Origin: an uncultured Mycoplasmatota bacterium | GTDB taxonomy: Bacteria; Bacillota_I; Bacilli_A; RF39; UBA660 | Assembly (NCBI GenBank): GCA_946500695.1 | Contig: CAMMWS010000003.1 | Span: 1 to 61,246, forward strand | Length of the DNA: 61,246 nt | Direction: 5' to 3' | Shown: in pieces, positions 47,300 to 55,716 of the stretch | Layout: each line of letters starts with the position of its first letter | Numbering within the stretch: the first letter of the stretch is position 1 | Notes under the pieces: model-generated | What the model was told of the DNA's origin: nothing | What the model saw: the letters and a program-made list of their open reading frames with translations, nothing else | The model's database searches: none | Position numbers and translations under genes: made by a program

Positions 47300-48484
47300 A
47301 TGAAACAATTAATTAGAATAAGCTTTGATACACTTGTAAATAGTGTATTCTTCATTTTATTTTGTATAGTTTTAACTGTTTTAGTTGATGATAATATTTT
47401 GTCTATTTTTACATTGACATATCCAATTCAGTTGTTGCCTAGTATTTTAAAAACTGTATTTGCTACTGGTCCTAATATTTTGAAAGAAAAACATGGTAGG
47501 GATGATGATGTTTTCTCAGCTTTAACTGTTGGAATAATTATAACAGTATTGATTTTCTTTATATTACTGTTAAATATAGATAACTATATTAATTTTATGA
47601 ATGGTAATTATATTGATAAAAAGGAGCTTGTTTCTTTCTTCATTATTGAAATATTTTTTCAAACAATATTAGGTTATATATTAACTATATTTTATTATAA
47701 ATCAGATAATGAACTAGCTAATAAAGTTTCTCTTAGTTTTAATCTTATAAATCTTATTGTTATTATTTTAGCTGCCCTTATTTTTGATAATAATATATTA
47801 ATTATTTTGACTACTACTATATTAATGAGTGTATATTTAATAATTTTATTATTTAAAGTCTATAAAAAATTTATTTTCAAATTTAATATTCTTGAATGGA
47901 TAAAATATGATTTAGTTTCTTTGGTTGATGATTCTTTGCTGTTAGTTGGTTATTTATTTAGTTTGAGTAGCGCTATGATATATGGTGAACAATATAGTGC
48001 TGCATTAGCATTTTCTTCATTAATTACAGATATACAATGGGATATAAGTTATTCTATTTCTACTGTTGCAAAAATAAATATAAGTAAGAAAAAGTTTAAT
48101 TATAAAGAACACTTAAAAAACTCTTATAAATTAATTGCAATTTTAATATTAAGTATTTTTGTAATGTTCATTATTGCTTATCCTATATATAAACCTGATT
48201 TATTAATAACTTTTAGTTATCTAATATTTCATATTATAGATTTTATTATTTATCCAGTTTATAGGACTAAAACTTGTTATTTACAATTGGAATATTCTAT
48301 TATTAAAACAAACATAAATAATTTAATTAATAAAGTTATTAGAGTTTTATTATCTTTATTAGTTACACCTTATGCTACAGTGATAGCTCAATTATGCTCT
48401 TCTTTGTATCAATACTTTTCAATGAATATTTTATTTTTAAAACATTATAAAATAAATAATAAGGGTAATGTTATTAACAGATAA
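47300..48484 (+). CDS. Multi-pass membrane protein (MATE/flippase-like)
   Basis: Many TM helices; TYPIQ...FATGPNI pattern. Confidence 0.55.
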   Translation: MKQLIRISFDTLVNSVFFILFCIVLTVLVDDNILSIFTLTYPIQLLPSILKTVFATGPNILKEKHGRDDDVFSALTVGIIITVLIFFILLLNIDNYINFMNGNYIDKKELVSFFIIEIFFQTILGYILTIFYYKSDNELANKVSLSFNLINLIVIILAALIFDNNILIILTTTILMSVYLIILLFKVYKKFIFKFNILEWIKYDLVSLVDDSLLLVGYLFSLSSAMIYGEQYSAALAFSSLITDIQWDISYSISTVAKINISKKKFNYKEHLKNSYKLIAILILSIFVMFIIAYPIYKPDLLITFSYLIFHIIDFIIYPVYRTKTCYLQLEYSIIKTNINNLINKVIRVLLSLLVTPYATVIAQLCSSLYQYFSMNILFLKHYKINNKGNVINR

Positions 48485-48511
48485 CAAAAATAATTAATTA
48501 TAAATATTAAG

Positions 48512-48604
48512 AAATTAAAAGAAGAAGCTAAGCTTAAATTATTAGAAGAACAATTATAGGTTCTTCTTTTTCTCTATGTAAAATTTATAGTGACATTTAT
48601 AGTG
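48512..48604 (+). repeat. valS 3'-end repeat, copy B, with terminator hairpin
   Basis: Near-identical to 47248-47298, then AGAAGAAC/GTTCTTCT hairpin and T tract; 3' part matches 49970-50039. Confidence 0.85.
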
Positions 48605-48619
48605 ACATTTATAGTGACA
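48584..48619 (+). repeat. Three tandem 12-mers ATTTATAGTGAC (operator-like)
   Basis: Exact triple repeat directly before TATAAT at 48626. Confidence 0.85.
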
Positions 48620-48652
48620 TCTAGTATAATTGTAATTGGAGGTGTTACTTAA

Positions 48653-49993
48653 ATGATAGGATTGACAGAAGATAAAAGAACAGAATTTAAAATAAAACTT
48701 ACAGACAATATTGAAAAAGAAGTAATTGCTTTTTTAAATACAGATGGTGGAAATATATTTATAGGTGTAGATGATAAAGGAAATATAAAAGGTTTAACAG
48801 GAAATTTAGATTTATTACAAAGAACGATAAAAGATAGAATAAAAGACAATATTATGCCATCAGCTTTAGGATTATTTGATGTTATATTAAACGAAAAAAA
48901 TGGTAAAAAATATATTCAAATCATCGTTGCTAAAGGAAATGAAAGACCTTATTATTTAAGAGGGATGGGTATGACACCAGATAGTTGTTTTATTAGAATT
49001 GGTTCTTCAGTAGAGAGTATGAATCAAGAAGATATATTAAATTTATTTTCTAAACGTACAAGAAATTCTTTAAAAAATATTAAATCACCTAAACAAAATT
49101 TAGAATTTAAAACCTTAAAAATTTATTATCAAGAAAAAGGGTTTGAAGTAAATGATAATTTTTTAAAGAAACTTGACTTTTATAATGATAATAATGAATT
49201 TAATTATCTAGCTTACTTATTAGCAGATAATAATAATATTTCTGTTCAATTTGCTAAATATAAAGGCAATAACGTTTCTAATTTAATAGAAAATGAAGAT
49301 TTTGGATTTTGTTCTTTAGTAAAAATAACTGATAACATTTTAAATAAAATAATATTAGAGAATAGAACTTACACTAAAATTGAATATAAAACTAGAAAAG
49401 AAATTAAGTTGTATGATTATAATGCAGTTAAAGAGTTGGTAACAAATGCTCTTGTTCATAATGACTGGTGTAACGGATATTCACCGAAGTTTGAGTTATT
49501 TGATGATAAGTTAGTTATTTCATCAAATGGTGGTATTCAAGAAGGAGTCTCACAAGATGAATTTTTAGAAGGCTTTTCTAATCCTAGGAATCCTGAATTA
49601 ATGAGAGTTTTTAGAGATTTAGGATTTGTTGAACAATTAGGAACTGGTATACAAAGAGTATTAAAAAGCTATGCTAAATCTATATTTAATTTTTTTCCAA
49701 ATCACATAAGAGTTAGTATTCCTTTTAATGAAAATCAATTTAAAAAAGAAACAAGTAAATTAAAATATGAATCATATATATTTCTTAATCAACTTCAAAA
49801 ATCAATTGTAAAATTAATTATGGATAGACCTAATATAACACAAGATGAATTAGCTAGATTGCTTGATGTAAATAAAAGAACAATTATAAGAAATTTTAAA
49901 GTACTTATTGATAACAAATATATTGAAAGAATTGGTGCTAATAAAAATGGTTATTGGAAAATAACAGATAAGTTATTAGAAGAACAATTATAA
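48653..49993 (+). CDS. Schlafen/AlbA_2 domain protein with HATPase-like (RecG-C) region and C-terminal HTH
   Basis: EDKRTEFK, IAFLNTDGG.I.IGVDD, ELVTNALVHND, RNPELMRVFRDL..VEQLGTGI, ITQDELARLLDVNKRTIIR. Confidence 0.85.
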   Translation: MIGLTEDKRTEFKIKLTDNIEKEVIAFLNTDGGNIFIGVDDKGNIKGLTGNLDLLQRTIKDRIKDNIMPSALGLFDVILNEKNGKKYIQIIVAKGNERPYYLRGMGMTPDSCFIRIGSSVESMNQEDILNLFSKRTRNSLKNIKSPKQNLEFKTLKIYYQEKGFEVNDNFLKKLDFYNDNNEFNYLAYLLADNNNISVQFAKYKGNNVSNLIENEDFGFCSLVKITDNILNKIILENRTYTKIEYKTRKEIKLYDYNAVKELVTNALVHNDWCNGYSPKFELFDDKLVISSNGGIQEGVSQDEFLEGFSNPRNPELMRVFRDLGFVEQLGTGIQRVLKSYAKSIFNFFPNHIRVSIPFNENQFKKETSKLKYESYIFLNQLQKSIVKLIMDRPNITQDELARLLDVNKRTIIRNFKVLIDNKYIERIGANKNGYWKITDKLLEEQL

Positions 49994-50039
49994 GTTCTTC
50001 TTTTATTCTATATGTAAAATTTATAGTGACATTTATAGT
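49970..50039 (+). repeat. valS 3'-end repeat, copy C, forming the AlbA gene 3' end
   Basis: AAGTTATTAGAAGAACAATTATAAGTTCTTC...ATTTATAGTGACATTTATAGT; encodes KLLEEQL* as in ValS. Confidence 0.85.
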
Positions 50040-50073
50040 TCTATTTAGTACAATTTTGTCGTTGGAGGTTTTA

Positions 50074-50496
50074 ATGAAAAAATATAAAATTGGTTATACA
50101 ACTGGTACATTTGATATGTTTCATATTGGTCATTTAAATACATTAAAAAAATCTAAAGAATTGTGTGATTATTTGATTGTTGGTGTTAGTACAGATGAAC
50201 TTGTTAAACAATATAAAAATAAGTTACCAATCATTCCTTTAAAAGATAGAATGGCAATAGTAGAAGCAATTAAATATGTAGATAAAGTTGTTATTCAAGA
50301 TAATCTTGATAAGTATGGTGCCTATTTAAAATATCATTATGATGTTTTATTTCATGGTGATGATTGGAAAGATTCTGATTTATATAAAGGTATAGAAAAT
50401 AAACTAAGAGAGGTTGGTGTGGATGTCATTTATTTTCCTTGTATTCCTTTAGTATCGACAAGTTATATTTTGAATAAAATTAGACAAGAGAAATAG
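50074..50496 (+). CDS. Cytidylyltransferase (glycerol-3-phosphate cytidylyltransferase/TagD-like)
   Basis: GTFDMFHIGH, VGVSTDE, HGDDW, VSTS. Confidence 0.85.
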   Translation: MKKYKIGYTTGTFDMFHIGHLNTLKKSKELCDYLIVGVSTDELVKQYKNKLPIIPLKDRMAIVEAIKYVDKVVIQDNLDKYGAYLKYHYDVLFHGDDWKDSDLYKGIENKLREVGVDVIYFPCIPLVSTSYILNKIRQEK

Positions 50497-50561
50497 TATT
50501 TTTATATCTTTACTTAAATAAAATGTAATGATAAAATTTAAGTATAGAAAGGATAGATGAT

Positions 50562-51158
50562 ATGAAAAAATATGGAAAGATAATTATTATTGTAGTAGGT
50601 ATTCTTGTTGTAATTGCTTTACTTGTTTTAATTTATTTTAAGACGACATTTATTAGTGAAAATGAAGTTAAGGATATTATTGCTGCTAATATGAATGTTA
50701 ATAGAAGTGATTTATATTTTGAAGATATTGACTTCGATTTTGATAAAGGTATTTATGAAGTAGAAGTATATTATAATAATAACGTTTATGAATATAAAAT
50801 TGATGCTAGAGCCGATGCTGAAGGTGGAAATGTTATTTATACTGATTTTAAATATTTTACTAATAGTATTAATGATAATAATAGTTCTAATTCTAGTACT
50901 AGTGGTTCTACTAATAATAATGCAAATGATTCTAATAATACTGCTAGTATAACTGTTGATGAAGCTAGAAATATTGCACTTTCTAATGCTAATTTAAGTG
51001 CAGATTTAGTACAGTTTTTAAGAACAGAAACAGAATATGATGATGGCATTTTAGTTTATGAAGTTGATTTTACTTATAATAATTATGAATATGATTATAA
51101 AATTAATGCTAATACTGGAGAAATAATTAGTTACGATAGAGATAGTATATATGATTAA
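50562..51158 (+). CDS. PepSY domain-containing membrane-anchored protein
   Basis: Two PepSY repeats (YEVEV...YKIDA; YEVDF...YKINANTGEII). Confidence 0.85.
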   Translation: MKKYGKIIIIVVGILVVIALLVLIYFKTTFISENEVKDIIAANMNVNRSDLYFEDIDFDFDKGIYEVEVYYNNNVYEYKIDARADAEGGNVIYTDFKYFTNSINDNNSSNSSTSGSTNNNANDSNNTASITVDEARNIALSNANLSADLVQFLRTETEYDDGILVYEVDFTYNNYEYDYKINANTGEIISYDRDSIYD

Positions 51159-51189
51159 AAAATAGCCATAATAGAAATAGGAGGTTAAT

Positions 51190-52638
51190 ATGAAAAATAT
51201 TTCTATATGGCAAGATACTGTTCAATGTGATAATTATAATGCGTTAGAAGAGAATTTAGATGTTGATATTTTAATAATTGGTGGAGGTATTACAGGTTGT
51301 AGTACCTTTTATCAATTTAAGGATGACAAAAGAAGGGTTGCTCTTGTTGAGAAAAATAAAATAGGTAGTGGAGCATCTAGTAGGAGTAGTGCTAAGATAA
51401 CTTTTTTACAAGAGAATATTTATACTAAGCTTACTAATATTTTTGATAGAGATAAAGCTTATCTTTATTATAGAGGAGAGAAGGAAGCTTTAAAGATAGT
51501 TAGTAATTTGATAGAAGAAGAGAATATTGATTGTGATTTAAAGAAAAGTAAGTCTTATTTATATACATTAGATTCTTCTAATATTAAGAGAATAGAAAAA
51601 GAAAAGGAATTACTTTCATCTTTTGGAGAGAAAACTACTGATATTAAGAAATTACCTAATGGAATGAGAGTAGAGTCTGGGTTTTATGTAAATAATACTT
51701 ATATTTTTCATCCTTTAAAATTTATAAGAGAAATTGTAAAAAAATCTATTAGTGATAATCATAGAGTTTATGAAAATACAAAAATAATAAAGATAGAGAA
51801 AGTAAATGATTATTATAAGTGTTACACTACTAGTAATATTATAAGTGCTAAGACGATAGTTCTTGCCTTACATTATCCATACTTTTTATTTTCTTATTTG
51901 ATGCCTTTAAAGTGTTATTTAGAAAAATCTTTCTTAGTGTGTTCTAAAGTTAAAAAAGAATATGATTTTAATGCTATTAATATTGAGACACCACTTAAAT
52001 CGATGAGATATTATGATAATCATTTATTAATGGTTTCTTCATCTTGTAATTTAGCATTTGCTTCTAATAGTAGAAAAATGGTTAAAGATTTAGAAGATAA
52101 TACTGATATTACTAATTATGATTATGTTTGGAGTAATTATGATTTAATGACTTTTGATCATTTGCCTTTAATAGGCTTTATTGATGATAATTTAATACTT
52201 TCTACTGGTTATAATACTTGGGGTAATTCTAATGGATTGTTAGCTGGTGTGATAATAAAAGATTTAATTAATAATAAGTATAATATTTATAAAGAATTGT
52301 TTGATCCTAAAAGAGGTTTTAATAAACAAAAATTAATTAATTATCCTTTAAATATTTTTAGTAGTGCTTATAGTTTTATTGATAGTAAAATAAATAAAAA
52401 TAAAGCTTTTTATAATGGTAATCCTTATTTTACAAAGAGAGATGGCAAAAGTATAGCTGTTTATAAAGACGATGATGGAGTAGAGCACATTATTTATAAT
52501 AGATGTCCACATTTAAAATGCAGTTTGGTTTTTAATGAGGTAGAGAAGACTTGGGATTGTCCTTGTCATGGTTCTAGATTTGATTTAGATGGTAAGTGTA
52601 TTATGGGACCTAGTAATTATAATATTAGTTATAAATAG
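51190..52638 (+). CDS. FAD-dependent oxidoreductase with Rieske domain (YhfW-like)
   Basis: IIGGGITG; CPHLKC...WDCPCHGSRF. Confidence 0.88.
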   Translation: MKNISIWQDTVQCDNYNALEENLDVDILIIGGGITGCSTFYQFKDDKRRVALVEKNKIGSGASSRSSAKITFLQENIYTKLTNIFDRDKAYLYYRGEKEALKIVSNLIEEENIDCDLKKSKSYLYTLDSSNIKRIEKEKELLSSFGEKTTDIKKLPNGMRVESGFYVNNTYIFHPLKFIREIVKKSISDNHRVYENTKIIKIEKVNDYYKCYTTSNIISAKTIVLALHYPYFLFSYLMPLKCYLEKSFLVCSKVKKEYDFNAINIETPLKSMRYYDNHLLMVSSSCNLAFASNSRKMVKDLEDNTDITNYDYVWSNYDLMTFDHLPLIGFIDDNLILSTGYNTWGNSNGLLAGVIIKDLINNKYNIYKELFDPKRGFNKQKLINYPLNIFSSAYSFIDSKINKNKAFYNGNPYFTKRDGKSIAVYKDDDGVEHIIYNRCPHLKCSLVFNEVEKTWDCPCHGSRFDLDGKCIMGPSNYNISYK

Positions 52639-52683
52639 TTGTTTTCCTAAAATTTATTTTATGCTATACTTAGAATGTGAGGA

Positions 52684-53625
52684 ATGGTAGTTATGAATGA
52701 TGAATTAATTAGAAAAAGTAAAGTTAGTATTTTAAAAAGTTATGGGGAAAATTTTAGTGAGAAAGAATATATTACTAATCCTGCTATTGGTAGGGAAGAA
52801 GAAATTAAACAATTAGTTTTGATTTTATTAACTCCTGAAAAATCTGCTATTTTAACTGGTAAACCTGGTGTTGGTAAAACGGCTATTGTTGAAGGACTTG
52901 CTTATCGTATTCAGTTAGGAAATGTTCCTGATGTTTTGAAAGGATATCAGATTATTAAGATTAATACATCTGCTTTGCTTGGTGAGGATCCAGATACTGG
53001 AGAAAGTAAAATACAAATACTTTTGGATGAGTTGAAAAGTTATTCTAATTTGATTTTATTTATAGATGAAATTCATACACTGATGGGAAGTAAAGGAGAA
53101 TCGCTTGATTTTGCTAATATGTTTAAACCTGCCCTTGATAGAGGTGATATTAAAGTAATCGGAGCGACTACTTCTGAAGAGTATGAAAGATATATTTTAA
53201 GGGATAAAGCTTTTGTTAGACGTTTTCAAAAGGTTGAGGTGTTAGAACCTACAAGAGAACAGACTATTGCTATTTGTATGGGTACTTTACCTAAGATTGA
53301 GAAGAAGACAGGGGCTAAATTAATGTATGATCCTTATGTAAAAGAAAAGATTATGGCATTTTTAACTGATCTTACTAGTGAGTATAGGAGAATTTATGAA
53401 ATAGGTTCAAGGTATCCTGATGTTACTTTGACTATATTACAACAGGCCTTTTCTTATGCTATTTATAATAATAGAAAAGAAGTTAATATTTTTGATATAG
53501 AAAAGGCAATTGAAAATACTAAAAATGTTTATCCTGATGTTATAAAAAAAGAGCTTCCTAGATTTAAGGAAGAGTTTAAGAATGAAATTGCTGATGGACT
53601 AGATAGAGGACTTGCTAATGTATAA
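52684..53625 (+). CDS. Stand-alone ClpA/ClpB NBD1-like AAA+ ATPase
   Basis: AIGREEEI, GKPGVGKTAIVEGLA, LFIDEIH, IGATT..EY, RRFQ; no second NBD. Confidence 0.8.
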   Translation: MVVMNDELIRKSKVSILKSYGENFSEKEYITNPAIGREEEIKQLVLILLTPEKSAILTGKPGVGKTAIVEGLAYRIQLGNVPDVLKGYQIIKINTSALLGEDPDTGESKIQILLDELKSYSNLILFIDEIHTLMGSKGESLDFANMFKPALDRGDIKVIGATTSEEYERYILRDKAFVRRFQKVEVLEPTREQTIAICMGTLPKIEKKTGAKLMYDPYVKEKIMAFLTDLTSEYRRIYEIGSRYPDVTLTILQQAFSYAIYNNRKEVNIFDIEKAIENTKNVYPDVIKKELPRFKEEFKNEIADGLDRGLANV

Positions 53626-54016
53626 AAAAATAGCTTATTATCTTAGGATAATTTCTGTAGTGTTATTTATAGTATTTGTATGCTTACTTTTAGAAGTTAT
53701 ATTTAATTGTGGAGTATTTGGTGTATCTTTTCTTGTTATGTGTGGTTTGTTTGTTTTGATTAATATATTTACAGTATTAAGTAGAAAAGATATTTATAAG
53801 CAATTAGTTAGTTATAATTTAATTTCTTTGGCTCTTACAATTTACTTAGGAATAATTGTTACTAAGTTATATACGGATTATAATGCGCATAGTTTGATGT
53901 ATACTTTGAATTATGATTATTTTAAAACTAATTTCATTATTGTTGATTTAGTTATTTTAGGAATTATTCTTAATACATTGTTTATTTATTTTTGGGACAT
54001 AAAAAAAGACCAATGA
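53612..54016 (+). CDS. Hypothetical membrane protein (4 TM)
   Basis: Hydrophobic helices; overlaps the upstream stop. Confidence 0.65.
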   Translation: MLMYKKIAYYLRIISVVLFIVFVCLLLEVIFNCGVFGVSFLVMCGLFVLINIFTVLSRKDIYKQLVSYNLISLALTIYLGIIVTKLYTDYNAHSLMYTLNYDYFKTNFIIVDLVILGIILNTLFIYFWDIKKDQ

Positions 54017-54027
54017 CTGGCCTTCTT

Positions 54028-54414
54028 TTATTTTATATCAATAAGTTTTTTATTTTCATTTTCATCAATTTTTGGAACAGAAATAGTTAATGTACCATTA
54101 TCAAATTTAGCTTCGATTTCATCTTCTTTAATATCACCTAAATAGAAGCTTCTTTGGTATTTACCATAAGTTCTTTCACGGCGTAGATATTTTTTATTTT
54201 CATCTTTATCTTCATCATTAGATGATTTCTCAGCAGTTATAACTAAGTTTCCTTTGTTACATTCTACTTTAATTTCATCTTTCTTAAATCCTGGTAAATC
54301 CATCTCTACATGATATGTGTTATCTTTTTCATAAATATCACATTTCATCTTACTTCCTTCATTCTCAAAAAATTGATCAAATGCATTATCAAAATAAAAT
54401 CTTGTTGGTAACAT
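54028..54414 (-). CDS. Hsp20/alpha-crystallin small heat shock protein
   Basis: MKCDIYE...MDLPGFKK...RER..G...RSF...AKFDNGTLTI.VPK. Confidence 0.93.
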   Translation of the reverse strand: MLPTRFYFDNAFDQFFENEGSKMKCDIYEKDNTYHVEMDLPGFKKDEIKVECNKGNLVITAEKSSNDEDKDENKKYLRRERTYGKYQRSFYLGDIKEDEIEAKFDNGTLTISVPKIDENENKKLIDIK

Positions 54415-54459
54415 ATTTTATCACTTTCCTTTCCTTACAATTATGTTATAACACTGATT

Positions 54460-54486
54460 TTAGCACTTGTCAAGTGTAAGTGCTAA
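54460..54486. promoter_or_regulatory. CIRCE element (HrcA operator) upstream of hsp20
   Basis: TTAGCACTT-N9-AAGTGCTAA perfect inverted repeat; consensus TTAGCACTC-N9-GAGTGCTAA. Confidence 0.88.
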
Positions 54487-54586
54487 TTATTTTTATTATT
54501 TACAATTTTTTAATTTTTATACATTAATGTAAAAAACACTTGCTTATTTAGTAGTTTTATGTTTATAATATTTATGTATTTCAAAT

Positions 54587-54663
54587 GGCGGCGTTGGTGA
54601 AGTGGTTAACACGCTGGTTTGTGGCACCAGTATGCATGAGTTCGATCCTCATACGCCGCCCCA
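54587..54663 (+). tRNA. trnH: tRNA-His (GUG) with encoded G-1 and CCA
   Basis: Acceptor GCGGCGT/ACGCCGC, anticodon arm CTGGT-TTGTGGC-ACCAG, T-loop GTTCGATC, C73 plus CCA. Confidence 0.96.
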
Positions 54664-54695
54664 GAATGGAAAAAAGTCGAAAGACTTCAAGATAG

Positions 54696-54723
54696 AAATC
54701 GATTCTTATGAGTCGATTTTTTT
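54696..54723 (+). terminator. Intrinsic terminator after tRNA-His
   Basis: AAATCGATTC-TTAT-GAGTCGATTT followed by a T run. Confidence 0.75.
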
Positions 54724-54846
54724 GTTTGTTAGAAAGGAATTGGTAATATTTGGTAATTAAGTTATTTCTTTATGACAATTAATTTAAGTTATTTTACTAT
54801 GATATTAAATTTGTATGCTATAATTGTATTAGATGAAGGTGATGTT

Positions 54847-55683
54847 GTGAGTGAAAGAGATTTTGATTCTAGTATAAATCAATACAATGAGATAGATAAT
54901 CCTAAAGGCTATGTTAAACAATTAGAGTGGGATATGGCAATAGGTTTACAAAAAGTAGATAATTTAAAACCATCTAAATATCTAGAACAGATTAAAGAAA
55001 AGAATGTTTTAGGTGAATTAACAATAGATGAAGTAGAGCAAAGTTTAAGAGAATATTATATTGAAAAGGGTAAACAAAATAGTATCAATCATAATGAACT
55101 TGAATGTGATTTTGTATCTATGAGAATTGTTGAGTTATTGGAAAAAGATGATTTTGAGTTATCAGTAGCTTATTTAAAGTATATTCATAAATATTTATTT
55201 CAAGATGTTTATGAATTTGCAGGTGAGTTTAGAAATATTAATTTTTCTAAGCATGAAATAATTTTAAATAATGATTCCGTTGCTTATGGAGATTATAAGA
55301 CTTTAAAAGAATCATTAGAATATGATATTAGTCTAGAAAAAGATAAAAACTATAAAACTATGTCTATTGTAGATGTAATTAAAAGCATTACTGATTTTTC
55401 TTCTAGTATATGGCAAGTTCATCCTTTTAGAGAAGGTAATACTAGAACGACAGCTTTATTTATAGAAAAGTATTTAACTAGTTTAGGTTATAATGTAGAT
55501 AACTCATTATTTAAAGATAAATCAGTATATTTTAGAAATGCATTAGTAAGAAGTAATTACTTTAATAATAATTTAAATATAAAAGAAGATAAAAGTTATT
55601 TAATTAAATTTTATGAAAACTTATTATTAGGTAAAAATAATAATTTGCATTCTGAAGATTTGATAGTGAAAGAGTTGTTTTAA
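54847..55683 (+). CDS. Fic-domain protein with N-terminal VbhA-like segment
   Basis: HPFREGNTRT motif; N-terminal WDMAIGLQKVDNL; GTG start after SD GAAGGTG. Confidence 0.85.
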   Translation: MSERDFDSSINQYNEIDNPKGYVKQLEWDMAIGLQKVDNLKPSKYLEQIKEKNVLGELTIDEVEQSLREYYIEKGKQNSINHNELECDFVSMRIVELLEKDDFELSVAYLKYIHKYLFQDVYEFAGEFRNINFSKHEIILNNDSVAYGDYKTLKESLEYDISLEKDKNYKTMSIVDVIKSITDFSSSIWQVHPFREGNTRTTALFIEKYLTSLGYNVDNSLFKDKSVYFRNALVRSNYFNNNLNIKEDKSYLIKFYENLLLGKNNNLHSEDLIVKELF

Positions 55684-55716
55684 AATAAAACATATAACAA
55701 ACATTGGAGGAAGTTC

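Noticed and set aside
48584-48619. Tandem repeats as a CRISPR array
   Set aside because: 12-bp units with no spacers, and no cas genes; no repeat-spacer array was seen anywhere in the window
50870-50945. Low-complexity AAT/AGT-rich tract (also the G/S-rich tract at 34325-34380)
   Set aside because: Encodes ordinary Asn/Ser or Gly/Ser linkers inside proteins
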